NCBI GenBank assembly: GCA_964016885.1 | Contig: OZ024748.1 | Span: 35,960,001 to 36,024,000 of the forward strand | Direction of reading: 5' to 3' | Source of the DNA: Eledone cirrhosa | Lineage: Eukaryota | DNA: 64,000 nt | Shown here: one piece after another, positions 26,501 through 39,100 of the stretch | How positions within the stretch are numbered: position 1 is the first letter of the stretch | How the letters are laid out: every line of letters begins with the position of its first letter | The notes under the pieces: model-generated | Database searches by the model: none | What the model was told of the DNA's origin: nothing | Seen by the model: the letters and a program-made list of their open reading frames with translations, nothing else | Made by a program: the position numbers and the translations under genes

Positions 26501-27809
26501 TGTCACCTAGTCTAATACACCGACCTGTCTCGTGGGTGCTAGACTTAATCTGTTACCCAGTCTAATACCCCCACCTGTCTCGAGTGTGGTAGACTTAATC
26601 TGTTACCCAGTCTAATACCCCCACCTGTCTCGTGGGTGGTAGACTTAATCTGTCACCCAGTCTAATACCCCCACCTGTCTCGTGGGTGGTAGACTTAATC
26701 TGTTACCCAGTCTAATACCCCCACCTGTCTCGAGTGTGGTAGATTTAATCTGTTACCCAGTCTATTACCCCCACCTGTCTCGAGTGTGGTAGATTTAATC
26801 TGTTACCTAGTCTAATACCCCCACCTGTCTCGTGGGTGGTAGACTTAATCTGTCACCCAGTCTAATACTCCCACCTGTCTCGTGGGTGCTAGACTTAATC
26901 TGTTACCCAGTCTAATACCCCCACCTGTCTCGTGGGTGGTAGACTTAATCTGTTACCCAGTCTAATACCCCCACCTGTCTCGTGGGTGGTAGACTTAATA
27001 TGTCACCCAGTCTAATACCCCCACCTGTCTCCTGGGTGGTAGACTTAATCTGTCACCCAGTCTAATACCCCCACCTGTCTCGTGGGTGGTAGACTTAATC
27101 TGTTACCCAGTCTAATACCCCCACCTGTCTCGAGTGTGGTAGATTTAATCTGTTACCCAGTCTAATACCCCCACCTGTCTCGTGGGTGCTAGACTTAATC
27201 TGTCACCCAGTCTAATACTCCCACCTGTCTCGTGGGTGGTAGACTTAATATGTCACCCAGTCTAATACCCCCACCTGTCTCGTGGGTGGTAGACTTAATC
27301 TGTCACCCAGTCTAATACCCCGACCTGTCTCGTGGGTGGTAGACTTAATATGTCACCCAGTCTAATACCCCCACCTGTCTCGTGGGTGGTAGACTTAATC
27401 TGTTACCCAGTCTAATACCCCCACCTGTCTCGTGGGTGGTAGACTTAATCTGTTACCCAGTCTAATACCCCCACCTGTCTCGTGGGTGGTAGACTTAATA
27501 TGTCACCCAGTCTAATACCCCCACCTGTCTCGTGGGTGGTAGACTTAATCTGTCACCCAGTCTAATACTCCCACCTGTCTCGTGGGTGCTAGACTTAATC
27601 TGTTACCCAGTCTAATACCCCCACCTGTCTCGAGTGTGGTAGATTTAATCTGTTACCCAGTCTAATACTCCCACCTGTCTCGAGGGTGGTAGATTTAATC
27701 TGTTACCCAGTCTAATACCCCCACCTGTCTCGTGGGTGCTAGACTTAATCTGTCACCCAGTCTAATACTCCCACCTGTCTCGAGGGTGGTAGACTTAATC
27801 TGTTACCCA
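23551..27809. repeat. 50-bp satellite, ~85 copies, no indels
   Basis: tgtcacccagtctaatacccccacctgtctcgtgggtggtagacttaatc, exact period 50. Confidence 0.97.
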
Positions 27810-28169
27810 TACCATCACCGCCTGGCTTTTGGGTACTTTAGGTAGATTCCAATTTGTTGCAACCATCAAGTCGAGTCCTTCACTTACTAAACAGTAAAAT
27901 AACAACAACACCCAAACCATTTAGAAAACCACGTGCTCGGCCTTTCACGTGACCGGTGTCTACAAACCCACGTGACCCGTCGCTTAAAATGCTTAAAATC
28001 TCACGTAGACAATATCTTACTTTCCTCTTAAAGGTAGAAATCAATAATTCATACTTAGTTTATGGTAGAAAGTGTTCTGTTCCTTTCGTCTCTCCTCTCC
28101 TGTATAGCCACCATTGATGAAGTAAGGTCCTCTCTGTGTGTCCCTGTCTATTTGTTCGCTCTCTCTCTG

Positions 28170-28227
<58 letters not shown>

Positions 28228-29191
28228 CTTATATCCTTCCTGCCTTTCATTTACTTCTCCTATTTCTATTTTATCTTCTGTCCTTCCCCCTAACATTAGA
28301 AGCAGCCATCATGTTGCTCCTAATTCACACTACTTCCATATCAGTTCAGGTTACTCACTCTTCAGTGTTATTATTATTGTTGTTGTTGTTGTTACAGCTT
28401 ACATGGATGTAGGTGTAGCTGGCTCCTACAAAGTTGGACTCGATAGGAGATTTCTCTCGAGTTTTAAACACTAGACCAGGTACATGAGTGTTATTGGTGA
28501 CACATAATCCACTACAACATGTTTAATCAGGGGTCAGAAACTGAAGGTGTTAAAAGGGCCATTACGTGATGAGGGAGAGAGGCAAAGGGGCCCAAAGGTG
28601 AGATGACATAATTTCCACCAGTTATAATGTTAGTAGTAAAAAACTCTCAGGAGAACTGGACAGCAGAAGGTCTTCAGAGAAGAGCCTCTCCTCAAGCGAG
28701 TGTCTCGGTCCTTACACTCCAAGAGGGGGGCACATCCTGGTTATAACTAATCTATAATACAGCTGATAGGCTGCTATTTATTCTATGTTTTCATCAAAAT
28801 CAATACATATGAGTCAGATATGTAAATTAATACAAAAAGTAGGGAGACAAATTTACCGTTTCAAATTTTCCTTAATTCTTATTTTACTTTCGTTTCACCT
28901 TGTCCCTTTATGTACTTTGTGTACTCTAATATTATTTAGACATATCAGACATTGTACTTTAATTTTTACCTTTCTCACAAAATACAAATATTCCAACTCT
29001 TCTTAAAAACTTCGGTTCTTCTCAGCAATTCTTCTTTTCTGTTTTGTTTTGTTTATTTCAAGTAAAAGGTTGACAGGAAAAAAACAAAAGAAAGTTCTAT
29101 TTATTTAACAATTTGCTCTCATATATATTTTCTATGATTTTCTTTTGTGTGTGTTGTCTGTCATCCCAGGGACACCTTCCCCACGTCAATA

Positions 29192-29215
29192 TCTGTGTAT
29201 ATATAAAATTAAGTA

Positions 29216-29257
<42 letters not shown>

Positions 29258-30137
29258 TGTGTATTACCTATAGGAGCCTACATCTTACGACCGATTTTCA
29301 TGAAACTTTACAGGCTCATAGATTAGTCATCGGGGAGTGTTTTCTATATATCAGCGTATCGTTTTTTTTTTATTCCGGGGTCATCCTGCAGATAAAAATC
29401 GATAGGGGCTCACCTTTTTTTAGGTATCGAGAAATAACAATTTTGGCTCTAGCTCCCACATTTTGCCACCGGTTTCGTTCAAATTTTAAAGCAAAATAGA
29501 ATTTATCATTGCACATCCTGTAATGGCTTTATATTTTGTATTTGTTGTTCGGGGACGGCGTGGCAGCCGTTTAAATATTCAAAAATACCACTTTTAGATT
29601 CAAATTTCCACTTTTTCGGCTCTAGTTCCCACATTAATCAACCTACTTGGTTCAAATTTTACACTACGCTAGATCTGATTATTTCACGTCTTAAAGTGGC
29701 TTTACATTTTAGATTTTTTGTTCAGGAACGGCGTGGCAGCCGCTTAAATATTCGAAAATACCACCTTTTCGCCTCAAATTTCCGCCTTTTCGGCTCTAGC
29801 TCCCACATTTTTCAACCGATTTCGTTCAAATTCGAAACTTCGGCTCCACCTCACACATAAATCAATTTATTTAATTCAACTTTTATACTATGATAGAACC
29901 CATCATTGCACATCTTATAGTAGCTTTACACTTTGCATTTTTTGTTCAGGGACGGCGTGGCAGCCGTTTAACTCTTCAAAATACGATTTTTCCACCTCCC
30001 ACATATTCCATACGATTTCACTCAACATTTCGCCATTTGCTACACCTTACGACCGATTTTCAAGAAACTCGCAGTCGCTAAGATATCAAAGCAGATATTA
30101 TTTTACCTACTCAGGCAACACTGGGTACTGCTGCTAG
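29192..30137 (+). mobile_element. Non-autonomous Helitron
   Basis: A|TC 5' end, CTAG|T 3' end, subterminal hairpin tactcag-gcaaca-ctgggta, (GT)n near 5' end, three internal ~175-225-bp subrepeats (g[g/a]acggcgtggcagccg at ~29552, 29725, 29950). Confidence 0.8.
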
Positions 30138-30643
30138 TGAGTTGATAAATCTACACCTTCTCACGTTATGAAACAAACACATTTCTCAAGTTCTGTTGTG
30201 TGAGTTAGTTTTCTATAATCTCAGTCACTCCCTCCACCACATTAGGTAAAAAAAAGCCGATGTGGAGTTCACAAATGTTCTTATTAAGAATGTTTTTCTT
30301 TTTGATGTATATATATATTTGGATACATATTTCGACTTTTCAACTTTTGATCTTGAAATGAAAACGACTGAAATATTAAAATATATTTTACACCTTCCCC
30401 GGGGAAAAATATGGCCTGACCATAGCTAATCTTAAAATTGCTTATTGACATGCATTATGTTGGCAGGTCAAACTAAATACTGCTAATAATGTACTAAATA
30501 GTTTGCGGATCGCGTGTTTAAGTCCCCCGTCTTACATGGACATATCACTAGCGGCTAATATTTAAAAAACATGTAAGATTAGAACTAATTGTAACCATAC
30601 AGCGAAGAAAAGACACCAGTAGCTGAATTACTAACTAAAACAA

Positions 30644-30685
30644 AGTTGGACATGTTTCCGCCCTCTTTGACTTCATCAATGAACT
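30644..30685 (-). ncRNA. Degenerate minimal hammerhead (old PLE remnant)
   Basis: agttca TTGATGA agtc-aaagag-ggcg GAAA catg TC caact; palindromic stem III and GUC kept, C3 mutated. Confidence 0.5.
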
Positions 30686-31270
30686 ATATATTTCACTCTA
30701 CTTGCTGAAATAGTAATAGGAAAACCATTGAGAAGTTATACAATATTATATAGATGAGGGCGTGGGGAAAATGAAATGCGCATTATTACTTCAAAAAACA
30801 TATCTGTGCGGTTAATTTACTTAGAGACACCACCCACATGGAGATTAGTGACATGTCTAATGTACTGATTATTAAGTTAAGAATTAAGATTATATTCTGG
30901 CATGACTGCTTGCTGGACCGGGAGAAAGACTAGGGTGAACATATATCTTAAAATGGCGGGATGTGCTATGTCGGTCAATGATGTTAGCCTACAACATAAT
31001 AGATGTATCTAGTTATCGATGATATGGTTAAGTCTGTATCATATAATACTGAGGATGGTTGCAATGCCTGCAGATGTTACCCAACAGTGAAAACTGAATG
31101 TAATGTGAAACGGTGCAGTATTGAGTTTTATTATCAACTCTAGATAGAATGGTGGCAGAGGCGTGATAACTGTGGATCGTATAAGGAGTGAAAGGAGAAC
31201 GATGGCGGAATATTTGATATACAGAGACGAAGAATTGTTGCAATATGCAGCAGAAGATATAGGTATAAAT

Positions 31271-31455
31271 TGTTTCTACTTTATGGCACAAGGCCAGCAA
31301 TTACCCAGTGCATTACTGGTACTTTATTTTACCGACCCCGTAAGGATGAAAGGCAAAGTTAACCTCGGCGGGATTTGAACTCAGAATGGCAAGGACCGTA
31401 ACTCTATGCTGGAAAGCATGGTGTCCGACCCTCTACCGATACTGCCAGTCCACCG
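31271..31455 (-). mobile_element. Full-length copy of the tRNA-derived SINE with 12-bp TSD
   Basis: Reverse complement of 7335-7519 family; ataggtataaat at 31259-31270 and 31456-31467. Confidence 0.88.
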
Positions 31456-31624
31456 ATAGGTATAAATGCTGTATAAATGCATGATATGATTAAATCTGTA
31501 TTATATAATACTGAGGATCATTATCATCACAGGACATATAATGTTACCCAACAGTGAAAAGTGAATGTAATGTGAACGCTGCACCATTTGATTTTATTAT
31601 TCTTGTCATTTATATCATTTATAA

Positions 31625-31980
31625 CGAGGACCAGAAGGGTCGACGCATGCAAGTGTGCTAAGACATCCTCGAGCGTCTTGAAACTGATCCAGACTTGCTA
31701 GGGACAGTCATCACCGGTGATGAGTCATGGATCTTCGAGTAAGACCCGGGGGGGGACCCGTTTTGAAGACGCGGACGACATCAAAAAGGCCGTGACGACG
31801 GAACTGCGGAGGATCCCGGAAGAATCCTTCCAAAAGTGCATGCAAGCGTGGCAGAAAAGGATGGAAAAGTACATTACACTCCAGGGAGATTACTTTGAAG
31901 GAGAAAACTCTTAGTGTGAAGTTTGGGTTTGAAATAAATCTTTTGTAACATCAGTCCTGGAACTTTTCTGACATACCTCG
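31625..31980 (+). mobile_element. Mariner transposon remnant (internally deleted transposase + right TIR + TA)
   Basis: EDQKGRRMQVC*DILERLETDPDLLGTVITGDESWIFE*DP joined to GTRFED...LQGDYFEG; TIR-like tcagtcctggaacttttctgacatacctcg followed by TA. Confidence 0.9.
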
Positions 31981-31997
31981 TATATATACATATAAAG

Positions 31998-32100
31998 TGA
32001 AGGCGCGTGGATGCGCAATCGTGAGGTGGTAATTTCGATTTCAACACCGGGTGAGGCGTTATGTCCTTGAGCAAGATACTATATTTCACGTTGCTTCACT
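31998..32100 (+). mobile_element. Degraded SINE of a second family
   Basis: gaaggcgcgtgg head and tgtccttgagcaagatact motif typical of tRNA-SINE central domains (recalled, not searched). Confidence 0.55.
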
Positions 32101-32559
32101 GCCTAGATTTGACCGGTAGATAGTATTAGCAATTGGAAATATCAATGGAAACATTGTTTCCTCGGTCCGATTATACGATGTCTGGGATCTTGTCAACCGA
32201 CTGTCGATATATACGTTTGAATTATCAAATTCATTTTTAGATATTTCGCCCTAAATCATTAGAGGATGTTAAGAGTCAAATTCGTTTTATCATCCCATCC
32301 AAGCTCCCATAATTGAAACGTTCATCTGTCGCAGTCTACTATCAGATTTCATCTTTACTAAATAACACTTACACAGTATGGAGTTAGCTAATACTTATTT
32401 GTCACTTTGAAATGTAAACGTCTGGCTGAATGCGCGAACAGCTTGATGTACGACTGCAGATTCTCAGTTAACGTAGTTTGTGTTTGCGTTTAAATACTTT
32501 AAACTCTGCATAAATCAACGATAATGTCCTAAAAACAAAACTGGTCGATTTAGCTGAGT

Positions 32560-32650
32560 CGGTATCTGCGTTCAAATCCCACCGATGTCTATCTAAGTAA
32601 ACGGTCGCCTTTCACAGTCGATAAAAAAATACCAGTCGAACGCTGGAGTT
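32560..32650 (+). mobile_element. Degraded SINE fragment related to 7335 family
   Basis: gttcaaatcccaccga...gcctttca...gtcgataaaa...taccagt. Confidence 0.55.
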
Positions 32651-33178
32651 CTGTCAGTCTGTCTGTCTCCCCGCCCTCTCTCTCTTTCTCCCTGTAGCAT
32701 CTTACATGTCTCGCTCGGTAATCGGGATTGTGACCGTGTGTTAGTCTTCTCGTGACTATAAGGGGACATCTAAGACCAATAATAAAAACAAATCGATTAA
32801 CAAAATGTGAGACTTTAAAGTGAAATAGTCATATGAAGTATATGTGTGACATCTGAACGAGTATCTTCCACCTCCAACAAACTTACCCTCCGCCTCTCTG
32901 TCAAGCTATGAAGGAGTGATGCTAGAGTCGTGAAATCTTGCATGCATTAATTTCAATTCTTCTTATTAATAAACTACATTGTTTATTTCCAGGGAGTATA
33001 TAGAGAATTAAACCTTATTCAGTCATTTCATTACGGTATCTTGGTCACTCAATAAACCGTTCGATCGAACCCTCCTCTAAATGGGAGTAAGATAACATTT
33101 CCTCTTATCTCTTCCTGTCACTATTAGTTTCAAGGTTGACAAATTACGGGTTTATTGTCATTTGAAGTGTTGAACTTC

Positions 33179-36100
33179 AAATACATTATACTATAAAGGA
33201 GTACTAAAGTTAGTTACTAATACATTATACTATAAAGGAGTTCTAAAGTTAGTTACTAATGCATTATACTATAAAGGACTACTAAAGTTAGTTACTAATA
33301 CATTATACTATAAAGGAGTAAAGTTAGTTACTAATACATTATACTATAAAGGAGTACTAAAGTTAGTTACTAATGCATTATACTATAAAGGAGTACTAAA
33401 GTTAGTTACGAATGCATTACTCTATAAAGGAGTACTAAAGTTAGTTACTAATACATTATACTATAAAGGAGTACTAAAGTTAGTTACTAATACATTATAC
33501 TATAAAGGAGTACTAAAGTTAGTTACTAATACATTATACTATAAAGGAGTACTAAAGTTAGTTACTAATACATTATACTATAAAGGAGTACTAAAGTTAG
33601 TTACTAATACATTACACAATAAAGGAGTACTAAAGTTAGTTACTAATACATTATACTATAAAGGAGTAAAGTTAGTTATTAATACATTATACTATAAAGG
33701 AGTACTAAAGTTAGTTACTAATACATTATACTATAAAGGAGTACTAAAGTTAGTTACTAATACATTATACTATAAAGGAGTACTAAAGTTAGTTACTAAT
33801 ACATTATACTATAAAGGAGTAAAGTTAGTTACTAATACATTATACTATAAAGGAGTACTAAAGTTAGTTACTAATACATTATACTATAAAGGAGTACTAA
33901 AGTTAGTTACTGATACATTATACTATAAAGGAGTACTAAAGTTAGTTACTAATACATTATACTATAAAAGAGTACTAAAGTTAGTTACTAATATTATTAT
34001 ACTATAAAGGAGTACTAAAGTTAGTTACTGATACATTATACTATAAATGAGTACTAAAGTTAGTTACTAATACATTACACTATAAAGGAGTACTAAAGTT
34101 AGTTACTAATACATTATACTATAAAGGAGTACTAAGGTTAGTTACTAATACATTATACTATAAAGGAGAACTAAGGTTAGTTACTAATACATGACACTAT
34201 AAAAGAGTACTAAAGCTAGTTACTAATACATTACACTATAAAGAAGAATTAAAGTTAGTTAGAAATACATTGCACTATAAAGGAGTACAAAAGTTAGTTA
34301 CTAATACATGACACTATAAAGGAGTACTTAAATTAGTTACTAATACATTATACTATAAAGGAGTAATAAAGTTAGTTACTAATACATTACACTGTAAAGG
34401 AGTACTAAAGTTAGTTACTAATACATTAGTACTAAAGTTTGTTACATTATGAAGTTAGTTACACTATAAAGTACTAAAGTTAGTTACAATATAAAGGAGT
34501 ATCAAAGTTAGTTACTAATACATTATACTATAAAGGAGTACTAAAGTTAGTTACTAATACATTATACTATAAAGGAGGAAAGTTAGTTACTAATACATGA
34601 CACTATAAAGGAGTACTAAAGTTAGTTACTGATACATTACACAATAAAGGAGTACTAAGTTAGTTACTAATACATTATACTATAAAGGAGTACTAGAGTT
34701 AGTTATTGATACATTACACTATAAAGGAGTACTAAAGTGAGTTACTAATACATTATACTATAAAGGAGTAAAGTTAGTTACTAATACATTACACTATAAA
34801 GTAGTATTAAAGTTAGTTACTAATACATTATACTATAAAGGAGTAATAAAGTTAGTTACTAATACATTATACTATAAAGGAGTAAAGTTAGTTACTAATA
34901 CATTACACTATAAGGTAGTATTAAAGTTAGTTAGTAATACATTATACACTAAAGGAGTACTAAAGTTGGTTACTAATACATTATAAAGGAGTAAATTTAG
35001 TTACTAATACATACTTCTATAAAGGAGTAAAGTTAGTTAATAATACATTAAACTATAAAGGAGTAATAATATTACTTAATAATACATTACACTATAAAGG
35101 AGTACTAAAGTTAGTTACTAATACATTATAATATAAAGGAGTACTAAAGCTAGTTACTAATACATTATACTATAAAGGAGTAATACAGTTAGTTACTGAT
35201 ACATTACACTATAAATGAGTACTAAATTTAGTTACTAATACATTATACTATAAAGTAGTAATAAGGTTAGTTACTAATACATGACACTATAAAAGAGTAC
35301 TAAAGTTAGTTACTAATACATTACACTATAAAGAAGTATTAAAGTTAGTTAGTAATACATTACACTATAAAGGAGTACAAAAGATGTTACTAATACATGA
35401 CACTATAAAGGAGTTCCTAAGTTAGTTACTAATACATTATACTATAAAGGAGTAGAGTTAGTTACTAATACATTATACTATAAAGGAGTACTTAAGTTAG
35501 TTACTAATACATGAAACTATAAAAAAGTAAAGTTAGTTACTAATACATTACACTATAAAGGAGTACTAAAGTCAGTTACTAATACATTATACTATAAAGG
35601 AGTACTAAAGTTAGTTACTAATACATTATACTATAAAGGAGTACTAAGGTTAGTTACTAATACATGACACTATAAAGGAGTACTAAAGTTAGTTACTAAT
35701 ACATTATACTATAAAGGAGTACTAAAGTTAGTTACTAATACATTATACTATAATGGAGTAAAGTTAGTTACTAATACATTATACTATAAAGGAGTACTAA
35801 AGTTAGTTACTAATACATTATACTATAAAGGAGTACTAAAGTTAGTTACTGATACATTATACTATAAAGGAGTACTAAAGTTAGTTACTAATACATTATA
35901 CTATAAAAGAGTACTAAAGTTAGTTACTAATATCATTATACTATAAAGGAGTACTAAAGTTAGTTACTGATACATTATACTATAAATGAGTACTAATGTT
36001 AGTTACTAATACATTATACTATAAAAAAGTACTTAAGTTAGTTACTAATATATTATACTATAAAGGAGTAAAGTTAGTTACTAATACATTACACTCTAAA

Positions 36101-39100
36101 GGAGTAAAGGTAGTTACTAATACATTACACTATAAAAAAGTATTAAAGTTAGTTACTAATACATTACACTATAAAGGAGTACTTAAGTTAGTTACTAATA
36201 CATTAAACTATGAAAAATTAAAGTTAGTTACTAATACATTACACTATAAAGGAGTACTAAAGTTAGTTACTAATACATTATACTATAAAGGAGTACTAAG
36301 GTTAGTTACTAATACATTATACTATAAAGGAGTACTAAGGTTAGTTACTAATACATGACACTATAAAGAAGAATTAAAGTTAGTTAGAAATACATTACAC
36401 TATAAAGGAGTACTTAAGTTAGTTACTAATACATTATACTATAAAGGAGTAATAAAGTTAGTTACTAATGCATTACACTATATAGGAATACTAAAGTTAG
36501 TTACTAATACATTACACTATAAAGGAGTACTAAAGTTAGTTACTAATACATTAGTACTAAATTTTGTTACACTATAAAGTTAGTTACACTATAAAGTACT
36601 AAAGTTAGTTACACTATAAAGTTGTATTAAACTTAGTTACTAATACAGTATACTATAAAGGAGTACTAAAGTTAGTTACTAATACATTATACTATAAAGG
36701 AGGAAAGTTAGTTACTAATACATGACACTATAAAGGAGTACTTAAGTTAGTTAGTAATACATTATACTATAAAGGAGTACTAAGTTAGTTACTAATACAT
36801 TACACTATAAAGGAGTACTTAAGTTAGTTACTAATACATTACGCTATAAAGGAGTACTAAAGTGAGTTACTAATACATTATACTATACAGGAGTAAAGTT
36901 AGTTACTAATATATTACACTATAAAGTAGTATTAAAGTTAGTTACTAATACATTATACTATAAAGGAGTAATAAAGTTAGTTACTAATACATTATACTAT
37001 AAAGGAGTAAAGTTAGTTGCTAATACATTACACTATAAGGTAGTATTAAAGTTAGTTAGTAATACATTATACACTAAAGGAGTACTAAAGTTGGTTACTA
37101 ATACATTATAAAGGAGTAAATTTAGTTACTAAAACATAATTCTATAAAGGAGTAAAGTTAGTTAATAATACATTACACTATAAAGGAGTAATAATGTTAC
37201 TTAATAATACATTACACTATAAAGGAGTACTAAAGTTAGTTACTAATACATTATAATATAAAGGAGTATTAAAGCTAGTTACTAATACATTATACTATAA
37301 AGGAGTAATAAAGTTAGTTACTGATACATTACACTATAAATGAGTACTAAATTTAGTTACTAATACATTATACTATAAAGGAGTAATAAGGTTAGTTACT
37401 AATACATTACACTATAATGGAGTACTAAAGTTAGTTACTGATACATTATACTATAAAGGAGTACTAAAGTTAGTTACTAATACATTATACTATAAAGGAG
37501 TACTAAAGTTAGTTACTAATACATTATACTATAAAGGAGTACTAAAGTTAGTTACTAATATTATTATACTATAAAGGAGTACTAAAGTTAGTTACTGATA
37601 CATTATACTATAAAGGAGTACTAAAGTTAGTTACTAATACATTATACTATAAAAAAGTACTTAAGTTAGTTACTAATACATTACACTCTAAAGGAGTAAA
37701 GTTAGTTACTAATACATTACACTATAAAATTATTAAAGTTAGTTACTAATACATTACACTATAAAGGAGTACTTAAGTTAGTTACTAATACATTAAACTA
37801 TAAAAAAATAAAGTTAGTTACTAATACATTACACTATAAAGGAGTACTAAAGTTAGTTACTAATATTATTATACTATAAAGGAGTACTAATGTCAGTTAC
37901 TAATATATTATACTATAAAGGAGTACTAAAGTTAGTTACTAATACATTATACTATAAAGGAGTACTAAGGTTAGTTACTAATACATGACACTATAAAAGA
38001 GTACTAAAGTTAGTTACTAATACATTACACTATAAAGAAGAATTAAAGTTAGTTAAAAATACATTACACTATAAAGGAGTACAAAAGTTAGTTACTAATA
38101 CATGACACTATAAAGGAGTACTTAAGTTAGTTACTAATACATTATATTATAAAGGAGTAATAAAGTTAGTTACTGATACATTACACTATATAGGAATACT
38201 AAAGTTAGTTACTAATACATTAGTACTAAAGTTAGTTACTGATACATTACACAATAAAGGAGTACTAGGTTAGTTACTAATACATTATACTATAAAGGAG
38301 TACTAGAGTTAGTTACTGATACATTACACTATAAAGGAGTACTTAAGTTAGTTACTAATACATTACACTATAAAGGAGTACTAAAGTGAGTTACTAATAC
38401 ATTATACTATAAAGGAGTAAAGTTAGTTACTAATACATTACACTACAAAGGAGTTACAAAGTTAGTTACTAATACATGACACTATAAAGGAGTACTAAAG
38501 TTAGTTACTGATACATTACATAATAAAGGAGTACTAAGTTAGTTACTAATACATTATACTATAAAGGAGTACTAAAGTTAGTTACTAATACATTATACTA
38601 TAAAGGAGTAAAGTTAGTTACTAATACATGACACTATAAAGGAGTACTTAAGTTAGTTACTAATACATTATACTATAAAGGAGTACAAAAGTTAGTTACT
38701 GATACATTACACTATAAAGGAGTACTAAAGTGAGTTACTAATACATTATACTATAAAGGAGTAAAGTTAGTTACTAATACATTACACTATAAAGTAGTAT
38801 TAAAGTTAGTTACTTATACATTATACTATAAAGGAGTAATAAAGTTAGTTACTAATACATTATACTATAAAGGAGTAAAGTTAGTTACTAATACATTACA
38901 CTATAAGGTAGTATTAAAGTTAGTTAGTAATACATTATACACTAAAGGAGTACTAAAGTTGGTTACTAATACATTATAAAGGAGTAAATTTAGTTACTAA
39001 TACATACTTCTATAAAGGAGTAAAGTTAGTTAATAATACATTACACTATAAAGGAGTAATAATATTACTTAATAATACATTACACTATAAAGGAGTACTA

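Noticed and set aside
23551-27809. CRISPR-like array of hairpin repeats
   Set aside because: No unique spacers, no cas genes, eukaryotic context; plain tandem satellite
28400-28474. SYKVGLDRRFLSS resembling the C-terminus of CR1-type LINE ORF2
   Set aside because: Too short and diverged to call without a search
31163-31378. 71-aa ORF ending YFTDPVRMKGKVNLGGI
   Set aside because: Antisense translation of the SINE
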